Shown here piece by piece: positions 14,301 through 26,860 of a stretch of DNA of 64,000 bases. The DNA comes from Antedon mediterranea (lineage: Eukaryota; Animalia; Echinodermata). The notes below the pieces were generated by a model, which did no database searches, had not been told where the DNA came from, and worked only from the letters and a program-made list of their open reading frames with translations. The stretch covers positions 15,348,912 through 15,412,911 of the forward strand of contig NC_092675.1 of NCBI RefSeq assembly GCF_964355755.1, given 5' to 3'. The translations under genes and the position numbers were made by a program. The stretch's first letter is position 1. Each line of letters begins with the position of its first letter.

Positions 14301-17300
14301 ATAAAGTTTGATTTATAATCACCAAACAAGTTCTTTTCTTTTTGTTTGTATTAATTGTATCTCTCAACTCAAAGCAAAACGTAACTGCAAAATCAATCAG
14401 AAAAGGCACTTTATTTATTACGATAGTTTTCAAAAAGCAATCAGCCAATAGTTCACTTTTATTAATGCAATAAATAATACTTAGGCCTTACAAACATAAT
14501 TATTATTAAAGTTAGTAAAATATAAGGTTTAAATATATCATCATCAATTAAGTTCCTTTTTTGTGTTATCTTACTAAAGGAACTCAGAAGCACAATTTGA
14601 ATGAAAAATCGATCAGAAATACTTCAATGCGACGGTTTTTAAAACAACGACCAATTGATCAGCCAACTCTTCACCCTTCTATTCAGGCTGAGGTAAAGAT
14701 GGCATGATAGTTCATCATAATACTTTCTTCAATATTTCTGATCAACTAACAAAAATTATCAATCACGAACAAAAACGTCCGCAATTGTTAATTGCATTGG
14801 TGTTGAGCTAAGAACACAGCTTGTTACTGAAATGAAAAAGCAACCATTCAGTATAATGATTGATGGTAGCAACGACACAGGCATTGCAAAAATGTACCCG
14901 ATAACCGTACGTATCTTCGATCCTGAATTTGGCAGAGTAATGTGATATAATGATATACTGTTATATTTAAGAAATCACCCTTTGTATCGGAATTCAAATA
15001 GGTTCACAAACTTGACCCAGACAGTCCAAAGGAGAGTTTGTCCAGATGTTTTAATGACCATTTAGTTTATAATAGAATCCCTAAAGAAAACACTTAGCTT
15101 AATTTTGTGACTTTCCCATCGTTAAACCAGGAGTGATCGACACTATTTAAGTACAGATTTGACAGTGTCATCCATCACAGAAATACCTTATTATACCGTT
15201 AATCACTCCCACTTAAACACCCCTGGATCAACTTAGGACCAATCGTTACCCTCACAGATGATGTAATGACATTATGCAAATGAACTGAGCCAATATACTC
15301 CCAAGTTTCAGAAGGGCCCAGACACACCTTACAGCCACCTCACGGAGCACACACCTCACGGCAGACCTACACACTTCACACCTCACCGACAGCATCATTG
15401 ATCCTCCGCGTTCCTTATCTATACTTATAGTTGTATATTGTACTGAAGTATTATACTGAATAAACAATATAGTGTTACGACAGTCAAGCGAGTTAGAGTC
15501 TTTCATTAGTACCTCAACAACCCAACATTATATTACATGGTGGAAGACCCAAATTTCATAAGGAACGGAGTGAGAAAACAAGAAATAAACACTTAACAAG
15601 ACACGAAGACGAAGACAAAAATAACCATATTTGTTTGAAAGGAGAAAACCAGAAAACCAAAAGACAATCTGAAATTATATTTGAATGAGATCGAGACAAG
15701 CAGAAATTTTATCAAATTATTACCATTGGATGAAGACAAAGAAGATAATCGAAGAAGACACAAAAGACAAGCTGAAATTATATATTTGAATGAGATCGAG
15801 ACAAGCAGAAATTTTATCAAATTATAACCATTGGATAAAGACAAAGAAGATGATCGAGGAAGACCCAAGAAGAATCAAAACAGAAGCAAGCGGACAAGAA
15901 CTGTTTCGTTTAGAGACTTTCAACTTCACGCCGTTTTTTTTCGATCGTTTTTTTTAACATTTACTTTTTTGAACATTGATGAACACCTTTCGCATTTTTT
16001 TTAATTCGTTGTTTGAACATTTAAACATTTTTGAACACTTTTTGCATTCCTTTAATTCATTTTTAATTGGATCCGAAGCATTTGGGGTAAGTCAAAACCA
16101 TTTTGAATTTTGATTTGTAACCTTGATTGAAAAGTGAGAGTTTACATATATACACACTAAAATTGTTTTTTAAATTGTTAAAATAATTGTTGAATAAACC
16201 CGCCGATAATAATAATGAGAAAATTCAGAACACCGTTAACGTAGTAAATAACGAAAACAATGTTTAATTTATCGACGAACATGACAGGACACCAGCCCAA
16301 TTGCAATCAGATACCCTTACACATCCAACTAGGATAGAACCCCTTAACTTGCAACCTTACATTGACTGTGTAGAGAATAACATGGGATTAGCAGCCCCAT
16401 TCCAAATGAAAGAAGAACAAATCAAGGAACAAACTAATCTAATTATGACAGCACCTAATGATTTAAATATGACATTAAACCGAGGTAGATTTAAAGCAGG
16501 ACATTTCCAAGTTTTAGTTTCGTATTCTAAACCGACTTCAGTCAAACGCAACACTGATAAAACAAAACACGAATCTAATGATCGCAAATTTTGGTGGAAT
16601 ATTGACAGATATAACGATACAGATAAATTAATTAAAGAGATCATTAATGATAAACAGATACCGATAAGTGGATCGCCAAAACGATTCATAAAACGTTTGT
16701 ATAATGCAACAAGTTACTGATTTAATTTTTTTTTTGCAAGATTATTTTTAATTACGACATTTGCTAAATTAACGATAGCATAGTCTACGTTATTGATGAG
16801 ATTTGTTTAATAATAATGTGATTTCAGTTAAAAGAGAATTGAAATTATGATTATGTATTGATTTTGTAACGAGTTTTTTGATAAAGATTAATTTTGAATT
16901 TTGATGATCGATATATTGAGATATTGAAAAGAACGACAATCATTTTGTAACAAATATTTTGTTTAACCTTTGAGTCGTTAATCTCAAGCATTAATTAATT
17001 GATATACAATAACAGGAGATTTTCTTGGTACTTTTAATTGTAATTTTGTTGACATTGAGTACAAAAGTCGAATTTGTCGATTGATTGAAATCGTAATTAC
17101 CTGTGAATATAAATGCTTAAATCGATAAAGTTGTGACGATAACGATATATTGTGGATAAGTTTGTGTCAACGGGACACACACATTCTTTAAAGTTTTAAG
17201 TGATTGAGTTTGATATTTTGATTTTAGGCTAATCAGCCACAGTTTCTTGAGTTTTATGTTTTAATTTGATGATTTATGTTTGAAGACCATTAGAACGCGA

Positions 17301-20300
17301 TGAGTTGTCGCACGATTTGACGTATGTTCAATGTAACATACTATTTTTAAGTTTTGTAATTTTATTTTTAACTGATTTATGTTTGATTTACGCGAATTTT
17401 TATACCAAATTCATTTTTAATTTCATTTTTTTTTAAGAGAGAGAAGAGAGAGAGAGTGAAAGTGATAAGGTTACACTTCGGAGTCAACCATTTTTATATG
17501 TTAAATAGATTAGAAAAAAAAAAGGGAAACAGAGGGATGTGATATAATGATATACTGTTATATTTAAGAAATCGACCTTTGTATCGGAATTCAAATAGGT
17601 TCACAAACTTGACCCAGAAAGTCCAAAGGAGAGTTTGTCCAGATGTTTTAATGACCATTTAGTTTATAATAGAATCCCTAAAGAAAACACTTAGCTTAAT
17701 TTTGTGACTTTCCCATCGTTAAACCAGGAGTGATCGACACTATTTAAGTACAGATTTGACAGTGTCATCCATCACAGAAATACCTTATTATACCGTTAAT
17801 CACTCCCACTTAAACACCCCTGGATCAACTTAGGACCAATCGTTACCCTCACAGATGATGTAATGACATTATGCAAATGAACTGAGCCAATATACTCCCA
17901 AGTTTCAGAAGGGCCCAGACACACCTTACAGCCACCTCACGGAGCACACACCTCACGGCAGACCTACACACTTCACACCTCACCGACAGCATCATTGATC
18001 CTCCGCGTTCCTTATCTATACTTATAGTTGTATATTGTACTGAAGTATTATACTGAATAAACAATATAGTGTTACGACAGTCAAGCGAGTTAGAGTCTTT
18101 CATTAGTACCTCAACAACGCAAACATTATATTACAGTAATGACCAAGTTCCTGGATATCAATCTGATAGAAGGTCGTACAAGTGCTACAGCTGCAACAAT
18201 CTACGAGCACGTAGATGCTCTGTTTCAGAGAGAGGGACTTAATTGGAGTTCGGTCACCGGACTTGGTGTTGACAACACCAATACTAATATCGGAGAACAC
18301 AATTCAATTAAAAGTCGTGTGTTGGAAAAAGAACCACCTATTGTCATTGCGGGATGCCCATGTCATACGGTACACAATGCAGCAGGCAAAGCATCAAGTG
18401 CCTTCGCCGTTGCAACCAAATTTGACGTCGAAGATCATTGCGTTGATCTGTTTTACTGGTTTGACAAGTCAACCAAAAGAAAAGGAGCTCTAAAAGAATA
18501 TTTTGAATTTTGTGACATGGAGTATGCTGAGATAATGAAGTATATTTCTGTTAGGTAGCTTTCTTTGGAGCGTTGCTTAAACAGAGAACTTAAGAAGTTT
18601 GATGGTCTTAAGTCATACTTTTTATCAGAAAGCGAATGTGATGGCAGATTAAAATCTGCATTCAGTGAGCCAATCAGTGAGGTTTACCTTTTGTTTTTTC
18701 AGTCTACAATAGCTATGTTTACTAAGTTTAATCGGTTTCTTCAAAGAGAAGACCCGCTTATATATCTCCTGCATGAGCAGATGGAAAATTTTATGAATAA
18801 GCTGGCAGTTAAATTTGTAAAGCTAGAGGAGGTTATGAAGCCCAGGGAAGAGTTTGGAACTTTGAAATACTTGAACACTTCACTTGAAAATCAGAAGCCA
18901 GACGAAAGTCTCTCTATCAGCGAAACTAAGACGGCTTTTGGCGGATGGAGACATCGATGTCAGACAAGTTGACGCTTTTTATGATGGCGTGAGAAGCTTC
19001 TATAGTACAGCATTCCAATACTGTTCTGAGTGGCTTCCACTTGATGACCCATTAATGAAAAATTGTGTTTTCATTGACTTCCTTCAAAGAATGGATCAAA
19101 GCATGGATAACGTTGAACATGTTTTAACATCACTTGAGCACATTCATAAAGATCTGATTAACGACCTGCGTACCATGGATGAACTGGAAGAAGAATTTCT
19201 TGCATATCAGGCTATGTCTACCGCAGATATTCCGGCTGGTATATGGTTAGATTCCAAGGTAATGGAAAGACCAGACGAAGAAAGTGGAGATACCCAAACA
19301 TTCCATCGAATGGATGTTGTATGGGGTTATATTAAAGGGAAACTCCCAATTTTGAGTCAAGTTGCGTTATCGGTATTAACAATTCCTCATAGCAACGCTG
19401 GTGAGGAAAGAGTTTTTTCGCTAATCAGAAAAAATAAAACCGATTTCCGCCTACACTAGACCTTGAAAGATCGCTGAGTTCAATCGTTCGAATTAAAATG
19501 AATATGCCCTCCAGTCTTGTGCCCTGCCATAGCTTCAAACCATCTGAAGACCTCCTGCAAAAATGTATGTATGTATGGAGTACAACCGAGCACACAGCAC
19601 GCATAGATGTTTCAAAATCAAATTATACACACAAAAATTGTGATGTTTCTTGTTGTTTAAAAATAAATGAATAGAGAAAAATAAGATCGTTTCTTTTATT
19701 TTATTAATTGTTATTTACCTCCGCCAAGGAGGTATATGTAATCGATCGCGTTTGTTTGTTTGTCTGTTTGTTTGTTTGTTTGTTAGCAGGATTACTCAAA
19801 AAGTAATTACAAGATCTTTACCAAAATGAATATACAGATAGATATGTGGGATAATTTTGGGACCATTTGGGACCATGGTCCCAATTCTGAACAACTTTTT
19901 AGTATACTTTTCAAACCTGCTAGTGTTAAAAGATAGGACAGAATTTTTCAAAAGCCGGCGAGCAGTATTAAGTAAACTGAAATTGCATTTTCTCGAAAAC
20001 TACTTGTCCAAAAAACTTCATTTTTGTACAAGAGGCAAGAGTTATAATTGGCGAGTTGTAATTTTAAAACATAATTTGATTTAATGTGCACCTTTTTTGA
20101 TGCGAGTCATTTAAAAAACCTATTTCTTTTCAAATTCACTCATTTGATTTTCGCGTTGCTGTTCTGTTGTTAGTCAACTGAAGCTATTGTTAATTGAAAG
20201 GCTTGTTACATTACACCAAACTCGCATACACATGCTTGTAGTGAAATTATCCTAAATCACAAACAGCATTAAGACACACACAGATATATATTTTTTCCCG

Positions 20301-22155
20301 GAGAAATCTTATGTAGGAGAATTTTACAGTAGGCGGAGGTATGCACTCTCGGAGTGGCTTTCTAATTTTGATTGTAACTAGTAATGGTGACGTGGTTAAA
20401 TGATACTGAAGGCCTATTATTACAGATAAATAAATAATACATTATAACTGAAATACTGTACTGTCACCGATGTAATAATATAACAATAAAAATAATACTA
20501 ATTACGATACACGTGCGTACATGCATATACAATGCGTCAACTTCAATATCTCCCTCTGATTTGCAAAGATTCGTGTTGGTAGTACAGTATACTTTTATTC
20601 TTGAACGTTGTTGGCGACAGACTTCACAGTGTTAACGTTGGTGGCGGTATACCCTCCCGATTTTTAATTCATTTAGGTTGGAACGTCTGTCCACCCAGGC
20701 AGCACTTGCCAGTTTTTATACTATGGTGTTATCCAAATTCCTTCACTTGCACTGATGAAGGGCTAGTGTTGCCCGAAAGCTCTGCTAATTTTTCTGGCTG
20801 TTTTACTTTATCGTTTTGATTTAGCTTTTCTCTTTTTTTTTTGTATCTCCATTGAGATCCAGCCACTGATACCCACAGCATTGTCATTTGTTTAGTAATT
20901 TGCCTTTGGATTTATATACATATATCTATATACATTGCCTTTGGACATATATAGATATTGTGTTGATTTCAAGTTCGTAAGCAGCTGTAGATATTCCCAT
21001 ATTCTAATCATTGAAATGTTTTAAGCAACGTGCATGTCTCTCATCAACTTCTTGCTATCCTATTCAAAATGTACATCTTTTAGTTTCGTAAGGTGCTTAA
21101 TAAAATAAAGTTCCATATCCAGTATTGCTTTAATTTTTTAAACTTACAAATATTTCAAAGCGAAGGAATATTTTGTGTATACGGTAATAACAAAATCAAT
21201 GGCTGTAAATTGTTCCAAATTTTTTCTAGATGCAATTTGTTTTTTTTAATAATTTGTCAGAGTACTTTTATCAGGGAAGAGTGTGCTCTATCATACTTAC
21301 TCCTCCCATGTAAATTATAGGCATTGCTCAATTGATAGGCTACAAATATTTGGATGGTTAGAAGTGGGTGGCACATTGCTACATAATCATTTATGCAAAT
21401 TTCATTACAGATAAAAAATATGTGGTGATGGTAAATGTTTCCTGGTATTACCCATATGTGTGTGTACAATTTACAATTATCTTACTATAAGTGAAGTTTA
21501 AAACAAAAGACCGTATCCAAAATAAACTATCGATGGTTCACCCTGTATTACGTATTGCAGTTGAATTGTCTACGGCTTTTTGTACTGCAGGGGTTAAAAT
21601 ATAACAGTAACAAATATAATGTCATTGTTACAAATTAAACAACTACTATTAAAAAATTTTTAATTCATTTTGCAGAATCTATTTGTATCATTTGATGTTC
21701 TATCTGTGAGAGAAGTTTCACTGTCAGCCAACCAATTTGCGGAGGATGCTACAAGGTTAAAATGGAAAGTGATGGACAGTGATCAGATGATGCCATCTAG
21801 TAAGTTATCAATGCTTGTGTTTTTGTTGATGATGAAGTTACACAATAATAATAATAAGAAAATGATTTGATTTATTAAAATTGTTGATTGTTTGTACACA
21901 ATATAGGAAAATATTATTTCTGTTCATGATTAATAATGACTATTATAATCAATTTCTTTAGAATTGTAAAACATTTGGTGTAATATTTTAGTATTTATAT
22001 TATGTTATTGATAACCATACAGTACATTATGTTTTCTTGTTTTTTTTGTTTTTTTTTCAGATAAAAAGCCCATCCCAGTTTCACCAAAAACCTTGAATGT
22101 ACTTTTGTCTCCTATGCAAATTAGAAGTTTCCTAGCAACTATAAAAGGACATTAA
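2155..22155 (+). CDS. MAN2B1: Lysosomal alpha-mannosidase (GH38), 3' part of a spliced gene; exons 2155-2382, 2561-2710, 21676-21799, 22061-22155
   Basis: Spliced translation (198 aa) gives IHRRIQHDDGRGVGEPLNE, LPANVHLLTLE, LIRLEHQYE, VREVSLSANQ, RLKW and LSPMQIRSF*, the C-terminal GH38 hallmarks. All introns GT-AG with matching phases; upstream exons lie before the window. Confidence 0.93.
2561..2710 (+). CDS. MAN2B1: alpha-mannosidase exon (GSFLHKNLPANVHLLTLE...VSFK)
   Basis: ttttacag acceptor, 150 nt, gtaatt donor; LP.NVHLLTL and LRLEH motifs. Confidence 0.93.
3824..7055. mobile_element. Non-autonomous long-TIR DNA transposon, Academ-like (copy 1)
   Basis: Termini TA(A/G)TCCGGTGGCAGGAG...CTCCTGCCACCGGACTA, TIRs about 300 bp, 3-bp TSD TCA (3821-3823 / 7056-7058); removing it restores the Penelope frame. 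Superfamily inferred from TAG..CTA ends and 3-bp TSD. Confidence 0.8.
9157..10395. repeat. Tandem array, about 63-bp unit, about 19-20 copies
   Basis: Unit ATTCTTGTTTCAAGCAATATTTTTCTTAAAATAAGTAAGAATATTCCGATTTGTATTTTTTGA; gives the 21-aa periodic spurious ORFs; inverted copies follow at about 10400-10560. Confidence 0.95.
12590..13560. repeat. Tandem array, about 102-bp unit, about 9-10 copies (degenerate to about 13900)
   Basis: Unit contains GATAGTATGATATTGACTTCTTATTTTAAGTAAAACATTTCTCAAAAT; gives the 34-aa periodic spurious ORFs. Confidence 0.93.
14640..19600 (+). pseudogene. hAT transposase pseudogene, interrupted by the LTR element at 14941-18135
   Basis: FSIMIDGSND (first D), GVDNTNTN (second D), CPCH (CxxH), R* in place of RW at 18556, LTIPHSNAGEERVFS (catalytic E, hATC region); several frameshifts. 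Confidence 0.88.
14941..18135 (+). mobile_element. Non-autonomous LTR retroelement (Ty3/Gypsy-type ends); LTRs 14941-15537 and 17538-18135
   Basis: TG..CA LTRs of 597/598 bp differing at only a few positions; 4-bp TSD GTAA; PBS TGGTGGAAG at 15538; polypurine tract before 17538; 2-kb interior with no RT or integrase. Confidence 0.93.
19714..20366 (+). mobile_element. Helentron-associated non-autonomous element (HINE/DINE-1-like)
   Basis: 5' TTACCTCCGCCAAGGAGGT, (GTTT)n tract, 3' subTIR GGCGGAGGTA plus hairpin CACTCTCGGAGTG; close copy at 60577-61260. Confidence 0.8.
20749..20785 (+). ncRNA. Minimal type I hammerhead ribozyme of the Penelope-like element
   Basis: GCA-CTGATGA-A-GGGC-tagtgtt-GCCC-GAAA-GCTC-TGC: intact core, stem II GGGC/GCCC, palindromic AGCT stem III, stem I GCA/TGC. 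Confidence 0.82.
21676..21799 (+). CDS. MAN2B1: alpha-mannosidase penultimate exon (NLFVSFDVLSVREVSLSANQ...RLKW)
   Basis: ttttgcag acceptor, 124 nt, gtaagt donor, phase 1. Confidence 0.9.
22061..22155 (+). CDS. MAN2B1: alpha-mannosidase terminal exon (...LSPMQIRSFLATIKGH*)
   Basis: Long poly-T/cag acceptor; phase matches the previous exon; L.PM.IR.F terminal motif; TAA at 22153-22155. Confidence 0.92.
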
Positions 22156-22283
22156 TATTAAAATCTCTAATCAGGGAGTTGTTCCTGCTCACATCAAATG
22201 CAATATTTTATGGCATCTAATTAAAATTTGATATGTAATATTAAGGGACATCTAGTGTCCACAAATATGCACAACAATGTAGT

Positions 22284-22289
22284 AATAAA
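22284..22289 (+). promoter_or_regulatory. Candidate polyadenylation signal AATAAA for the mannosidase gene
   Basis: AATAAA about 130 nt after the stop codon; AT-rich context makes chance matches common. Confidence 0.4.
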
Positions 22290-22687
22290 CAAGTTTATGT
22301 ATCCTTATTGCTGCCCTCAACCATTACTCTCGTTCCTGTTACCACAATCACTCCTTGTAACAAATTACATTCTTCAACATACATACTAGGATTTCTTACT
22401 ACTCTAGTTCTATACAGTACTGAACCTGATTTACATCCCTCTAATGATGCAGTTTGTATTGTTTTCTCCGCTAGAACTGTTTATAACATTTCTAAGTGGT
22501 ACCCTGTGTTTTGCTTTGTTTTTACCATACCAAGTTAAACAAAACCAGTTGGTGGATTTTAACGCTTTATTACAACAAAGCCATTTGTGGAATTTCAATG
22601 CTTTTATTAAATCTTAAATCACTGTTCAACGAAGGTATTTGGTGGACAAACATGGGTGTCTAGTAAACTAAGACCTAAGATATCTTA

Positions 22688-22931
22688 AGCCTAGTTTCCA
22701 TAAAATCACTACACGACAGAGCGTAGCGATTCTATGGAAACGCTAGAATTTATCTGGGATCTCGTACGCGAGCGCTAAATATTCTTTGGTACTTGTATAC
22801 GATTCATTGCTGACAAAATCGGCAAAGTTGAACATGGTTGAACTTTGCCGATTTGACTGCGATGAATCGGGAAGCCTTCCGATTGCGTCGGCGACATCTG
22901 CGCGTGTAGCGATTTTAATGGAAACCAGGCT
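22688..22931. mobile_element. PIF/Harbinger-type MITE
   Basis: TIRs AGCCTAGTTTCCAT / ATGGAAACCAGGCT, TSD TTA on both sides, internal palindrome ATCGGCAAAGTT..AACTTTGCCGAT. Confidence 0.8.
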
Positions 22932-24569
22932 TTAGTTTTGTAGATCTAGAAAACTAAGATTATCTTTTAATGGTGGGTTGTACCATTATATCAAGGGTAA
23001 TGTATTTTTATTAATTTTTTATTGGTTAGAATTAGATTATTCTATTACCACTAAAGGGGGGAGTTATTTCTATGATGTGATGAGATTTTCAGTAAATAAT
23101 TTACTGGTGGTACAGGCTAGTCTAGACACATAATAATACATACACACAATTATAGTAATAGTCCGGTGGCAAAAGTGGGGATATCACCACCCGAAAGGGG
23201 ACAAATTGCCATCCAACTTTTCTAGACCAGAATTTTTTGTAGATTACGAATATGAAAGGTAATCGATCAGGATAGAAAGCGTTTTCGAGATATAAGGGGT
23301 CAAAGTTCAAAATTGACCAATTACAACAATGTATTATGTATTGAAGCACAATTTGGTCTTTTATTACATTTCTATGATTATAGGTATCTATTCAATCACC
23401 TATGAAAAAAATCCCTTTGTGATTAAGGGTCAAACGTCAATATTGACCAATCATAGAATGTACATATAGTCCAGCAGCCAATGGGTTTAACCTTGCAATG
23501 TTTTCTATTTTTTTTTTTTAAGGATTTTGATTCTCGATACCATCAGAATGAAGATTTTTTTTACTGGACGGCTGTCAGCATTGAGCAATTTGCATAATTA
23601 CCATAAACAAAAAGGCTGCTATTTTTTTATAAAACATGCTATATCTCTAGAAATTTTGGATGTAGTGAGATAATTTTGGTTTCAAATTGTTCACAATGTA
23701 TATGTTTATATTAGCTCTAACAGAACTCTCTTTGTAAAATTGGCCGGAAACCCCATTTTTAGCAATTTTGACCTTTGACCTCTTTTTTCTGTAATGGCAG
23801 CTCGAAGGGAATTAAAAATAGGAGCAAATTGTTCCCAAGATATACATTTATATTCAGTGTAACAGATGATATTGCTTGAAAATGACCTGAAGTGTGGTTA
23901 TTAACTTTTGACATAATTGAATAAAGTTATAAAAACATAAATTAATAAATATTTGTCGTAAGGAGCCAATTTTGGTGTCAAATTGTTCACAATATATGTT
24001 TATACTTGCCATAATGCAACATTTTTTTCAAAAAGTGACTGAAACACCTATTTTTCTGTAATTTTAACCTTTGACCTGTTTTTCTCATCTAAATAACGAC
24101 ATGGCATAGAGCTTTCTAACGGCAAATTGTTTATAATAGATATTTTTATTCAATCTAAAAGAAAAATACAAGTGTGATATTGCTTTGAAATCCTGTACAT
24201 AAGAGCTTATCGGGGCGGATTTAATTCAAAGCGGTGTGGAAGGGGAATAATACTACTACTATACAGTACAATGTCTTTCAGAAACATTTGAGCAATTTCA
24301 ATCAGGTATCCATGTATCTCCAATAACGGAATTTACGGCTCATAGAGAATTTAGAAGTTACCCTTGGTTCATTTTGGCAAATCCATCTGGGTTTCATTTA
24401 AAACGATTGACGGTGCACAGACAGGCTTTTCCCATGGCTTAATATTGGAACCTACAGTTTTAGTTACCCGATATATTTCTTATTTTAAATGTAGCCAAAT
24501 ACATTGATCCGATACAGGGGACAAATGTAGAACTGAACATACAGTAGAGAACCACAGAAGGGTCTAAAT

Positions 24570-25557
24570 TAGACTTGCCCCAAGTCTGTATTTATTGTCT
24601 TTTTTTTATATTTATTTATTTTTGTTTCGACCGTGATTTTTCTCTGAAAATACAGACTTGTGAAACACGTATAGAAATCGATTTGGAGACCGCAAACATC
24701 CGATAAGAATGACGTAGGTTATCATACCGTATTTGGCTATATGGGGCGGGCGGTATGTAAATATGGATTTCGAATCAACCAATGATCATTTTGTTTCAAA
24801 ATGAAAAAGATAGAGTACGTACAGTGCTGAATGTACGATCGAGACTGAACAACTGTTGAAATATAAAATCGTGTTGCCAAGTTGTTTTGTTTATTAATTG
24901 TTTAGTCCTGGCCTAGGCCTCCTTCGTAGGGATACTCAACTCGTACGTATGACCTGCCAAATAGAACGCCAATAAAGTACATACCACCACCGACCGGCAC
25001 ACAACAGGGCTACACCGGCACACAACAGGGCTACACCACCATACAGAACAGGACAGGGTATGGCTGGGTGGGAAATAAATTAAATTATCTCCGCATAATA
25101 AATGATCCATTCAATGTTTGATTTGCGGAGAAGCTAGCCTATCATATCAAGACGAGTTTTCATGTTCTTGGGAAAAATCCCATCAAATGTTTACCAGACT
25201 ACTAGGCATATAAAATCATTTCTAGCTTTCAGAAACTGTCATCAATGTACCCAACAAGTGCACATTGTCTAAACGTAATATAGCGCATGCGCATCGTCTT
25301 AGATGTTGAGTCTTTGAAATTCTGAAATATGAATATTAAAACAGTGTACGAGTGAGTAGCCAATCACATGCAGCTGAAACTAGTCAACCGGATAATCGTA
25401 TGCACCAAGAATTCTTGGTGTCAAACCACGTGACTTGTGCGTGTTTCCCCAGACGGAGTATCCAAACTCAAGTAATACACGTATGAAACGCCATATGTGC
25501 AAAAATATTTATATTTTTACTAATATTAAGACAAAACTCCGTCTGGAGCCCAGACTA
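24570..25557. mobile_element. Non-autonomous DNA transposon with 9-bp TSD (AcademH-like)
   Basis: TSD GGTCTAAAT at 24561-24569 and 25558-25566; short imperfect TIRs TAGACTTGCCCC / GAGCCCAGACTA; absent from copy 1. Confidence 0.75.
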
Positions 25558-26860
25558 GGTCTAAATAGATGACCTGCTGTTGTTTCATTTTAGGCAAAAT
25601 CCAAATGGGTTTCTTAAGGATCGAGAGTGCACAGGCAGCTTTATTCCATGTGCCTGTCTATATGAACTCACAGTGTCACCCCTTATATTTCCATTATGGG
25701 GCTTAATGTCCATCCATGGAGAACGACCGGCCTTTGGGTTAATTTGGGCAAATCCATAAAATGTTTCTTATGGTGGATGATCGAGGGTGCACAGGGATAT
25801 TTATTATATCTCTATGAACCCACATACAGTACTTCCAATATAGGGTCTGTTGTAGCCCCACATAGAGAACCCCGAAAGGTCCATGAAGGATCGACCCTTG
25901 GGTTCATTTGGGCAAATCCATAAATGTTATTTAAAGATTGAGGGTGCACATTTAGTTTTATTCCATAGTTCATCTATGAACTATTTACTCCATATTAATT
26001 TCTAATACAGGGTCGTTCGGGCAAATCCATATGGGTTATTTTAGAATCCTGTGTGTACAGGGAACTCTTTCCTGTATGGGCCAAACTATCTGTGGCTATA
26101 TAAAAATGGTGGCCTGTCTGTGTAGTGAGTTGTGGATTGAGTTTGGCGACCTGGATCTGCCAATGCCCTATCCTGTAGACGAATTGGTGTTCTCTGGTTC
26201 TGATGAATAGTAGTTTATTTTCCAAAAACGAATATTGTAGCCCTAATAAATGCAACTGTGTAGTGGCAAATCATTCAAGGTCAGCGTAACATTTTAACAT
26301 AACATTTCAACCGTCGTAATATTAATTTTATTATTTATTTCACAGTATTATTAATACATTTAAAATAATGCACACTAGAAAAAATATAAAAATACCATAA
26401 CTTCACTGATCAAATAACGTGATTACATTATGAACATCGATCTCGTAGTTTAAATAACTTTGCATTATTTAGTATATCACTTGTTCAAATGTTGACCTTT
26501 GACCTATGTCAACTTGTGTAATGATAAATGTGCTCTTTTGATTGTGTATGATTGATAGATGTCTTAACAGAATGATAAAACATAACATTTTGTCTTAAAT
26601 GTTTAATTTAGTGATTGGTCAATATTGACATTTGACCTTTAATTGCAAAGTACAGTATTTGTTTTATAAGGCGACTTTATAGACCTATAACCATACAAAT
26701 GTATTAAAAGACCAAATTGAACTTATAATACATATGTATATAATACATTGTTATTATTGGTCAATTTTGAAGTTTGACCCTTTATTCGCTTCCTATCCTG
26801 ATCGAAGTCTGATTTGATTAAATACAGTATTATAATTATATTAATAAAAATTGTAATGAA

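Larger units (their letters stand above)
8447..20689 (+). mobile_element. hAT DNA transposon (decayed transposase) carrying three nested insertions
   Basis: TIRs CAGGCGTTCCAACC / GGTTGGAACGTCTG; subterminal CTCCCG repeats; transposase inside; TSD imperfect (TCC or CTGTCC). Confidence 0.88.
3595..20915 (+). mobile_element. Penelope-like retroelement (Naiad-type RT + GIY-YIG), decayed and split into 3595-3823, 7056-8446 and 20690-20915
   Basis: PGRFYFLPKIYK.GNPGRPIISG, PSYIQNATDF (restored across an insertion), LDVSSLYTNIPH, G.KMAPSFANLFM, WFRYIDDIF, KPTD..YL..SSCHP, IPYSQ, AFRRPPNL.DILV, EN.WEL.LKT..P.GLN; stops and frameshifts; hammerhead at the 3' end. Confidence 0.9.

Noticed and set aside
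15252-15506. Identical 84-aa ORFs at 15252 and 17849
   Set aside because: They are antisense readings of the two LTRs; identity reflects LTR duplication.
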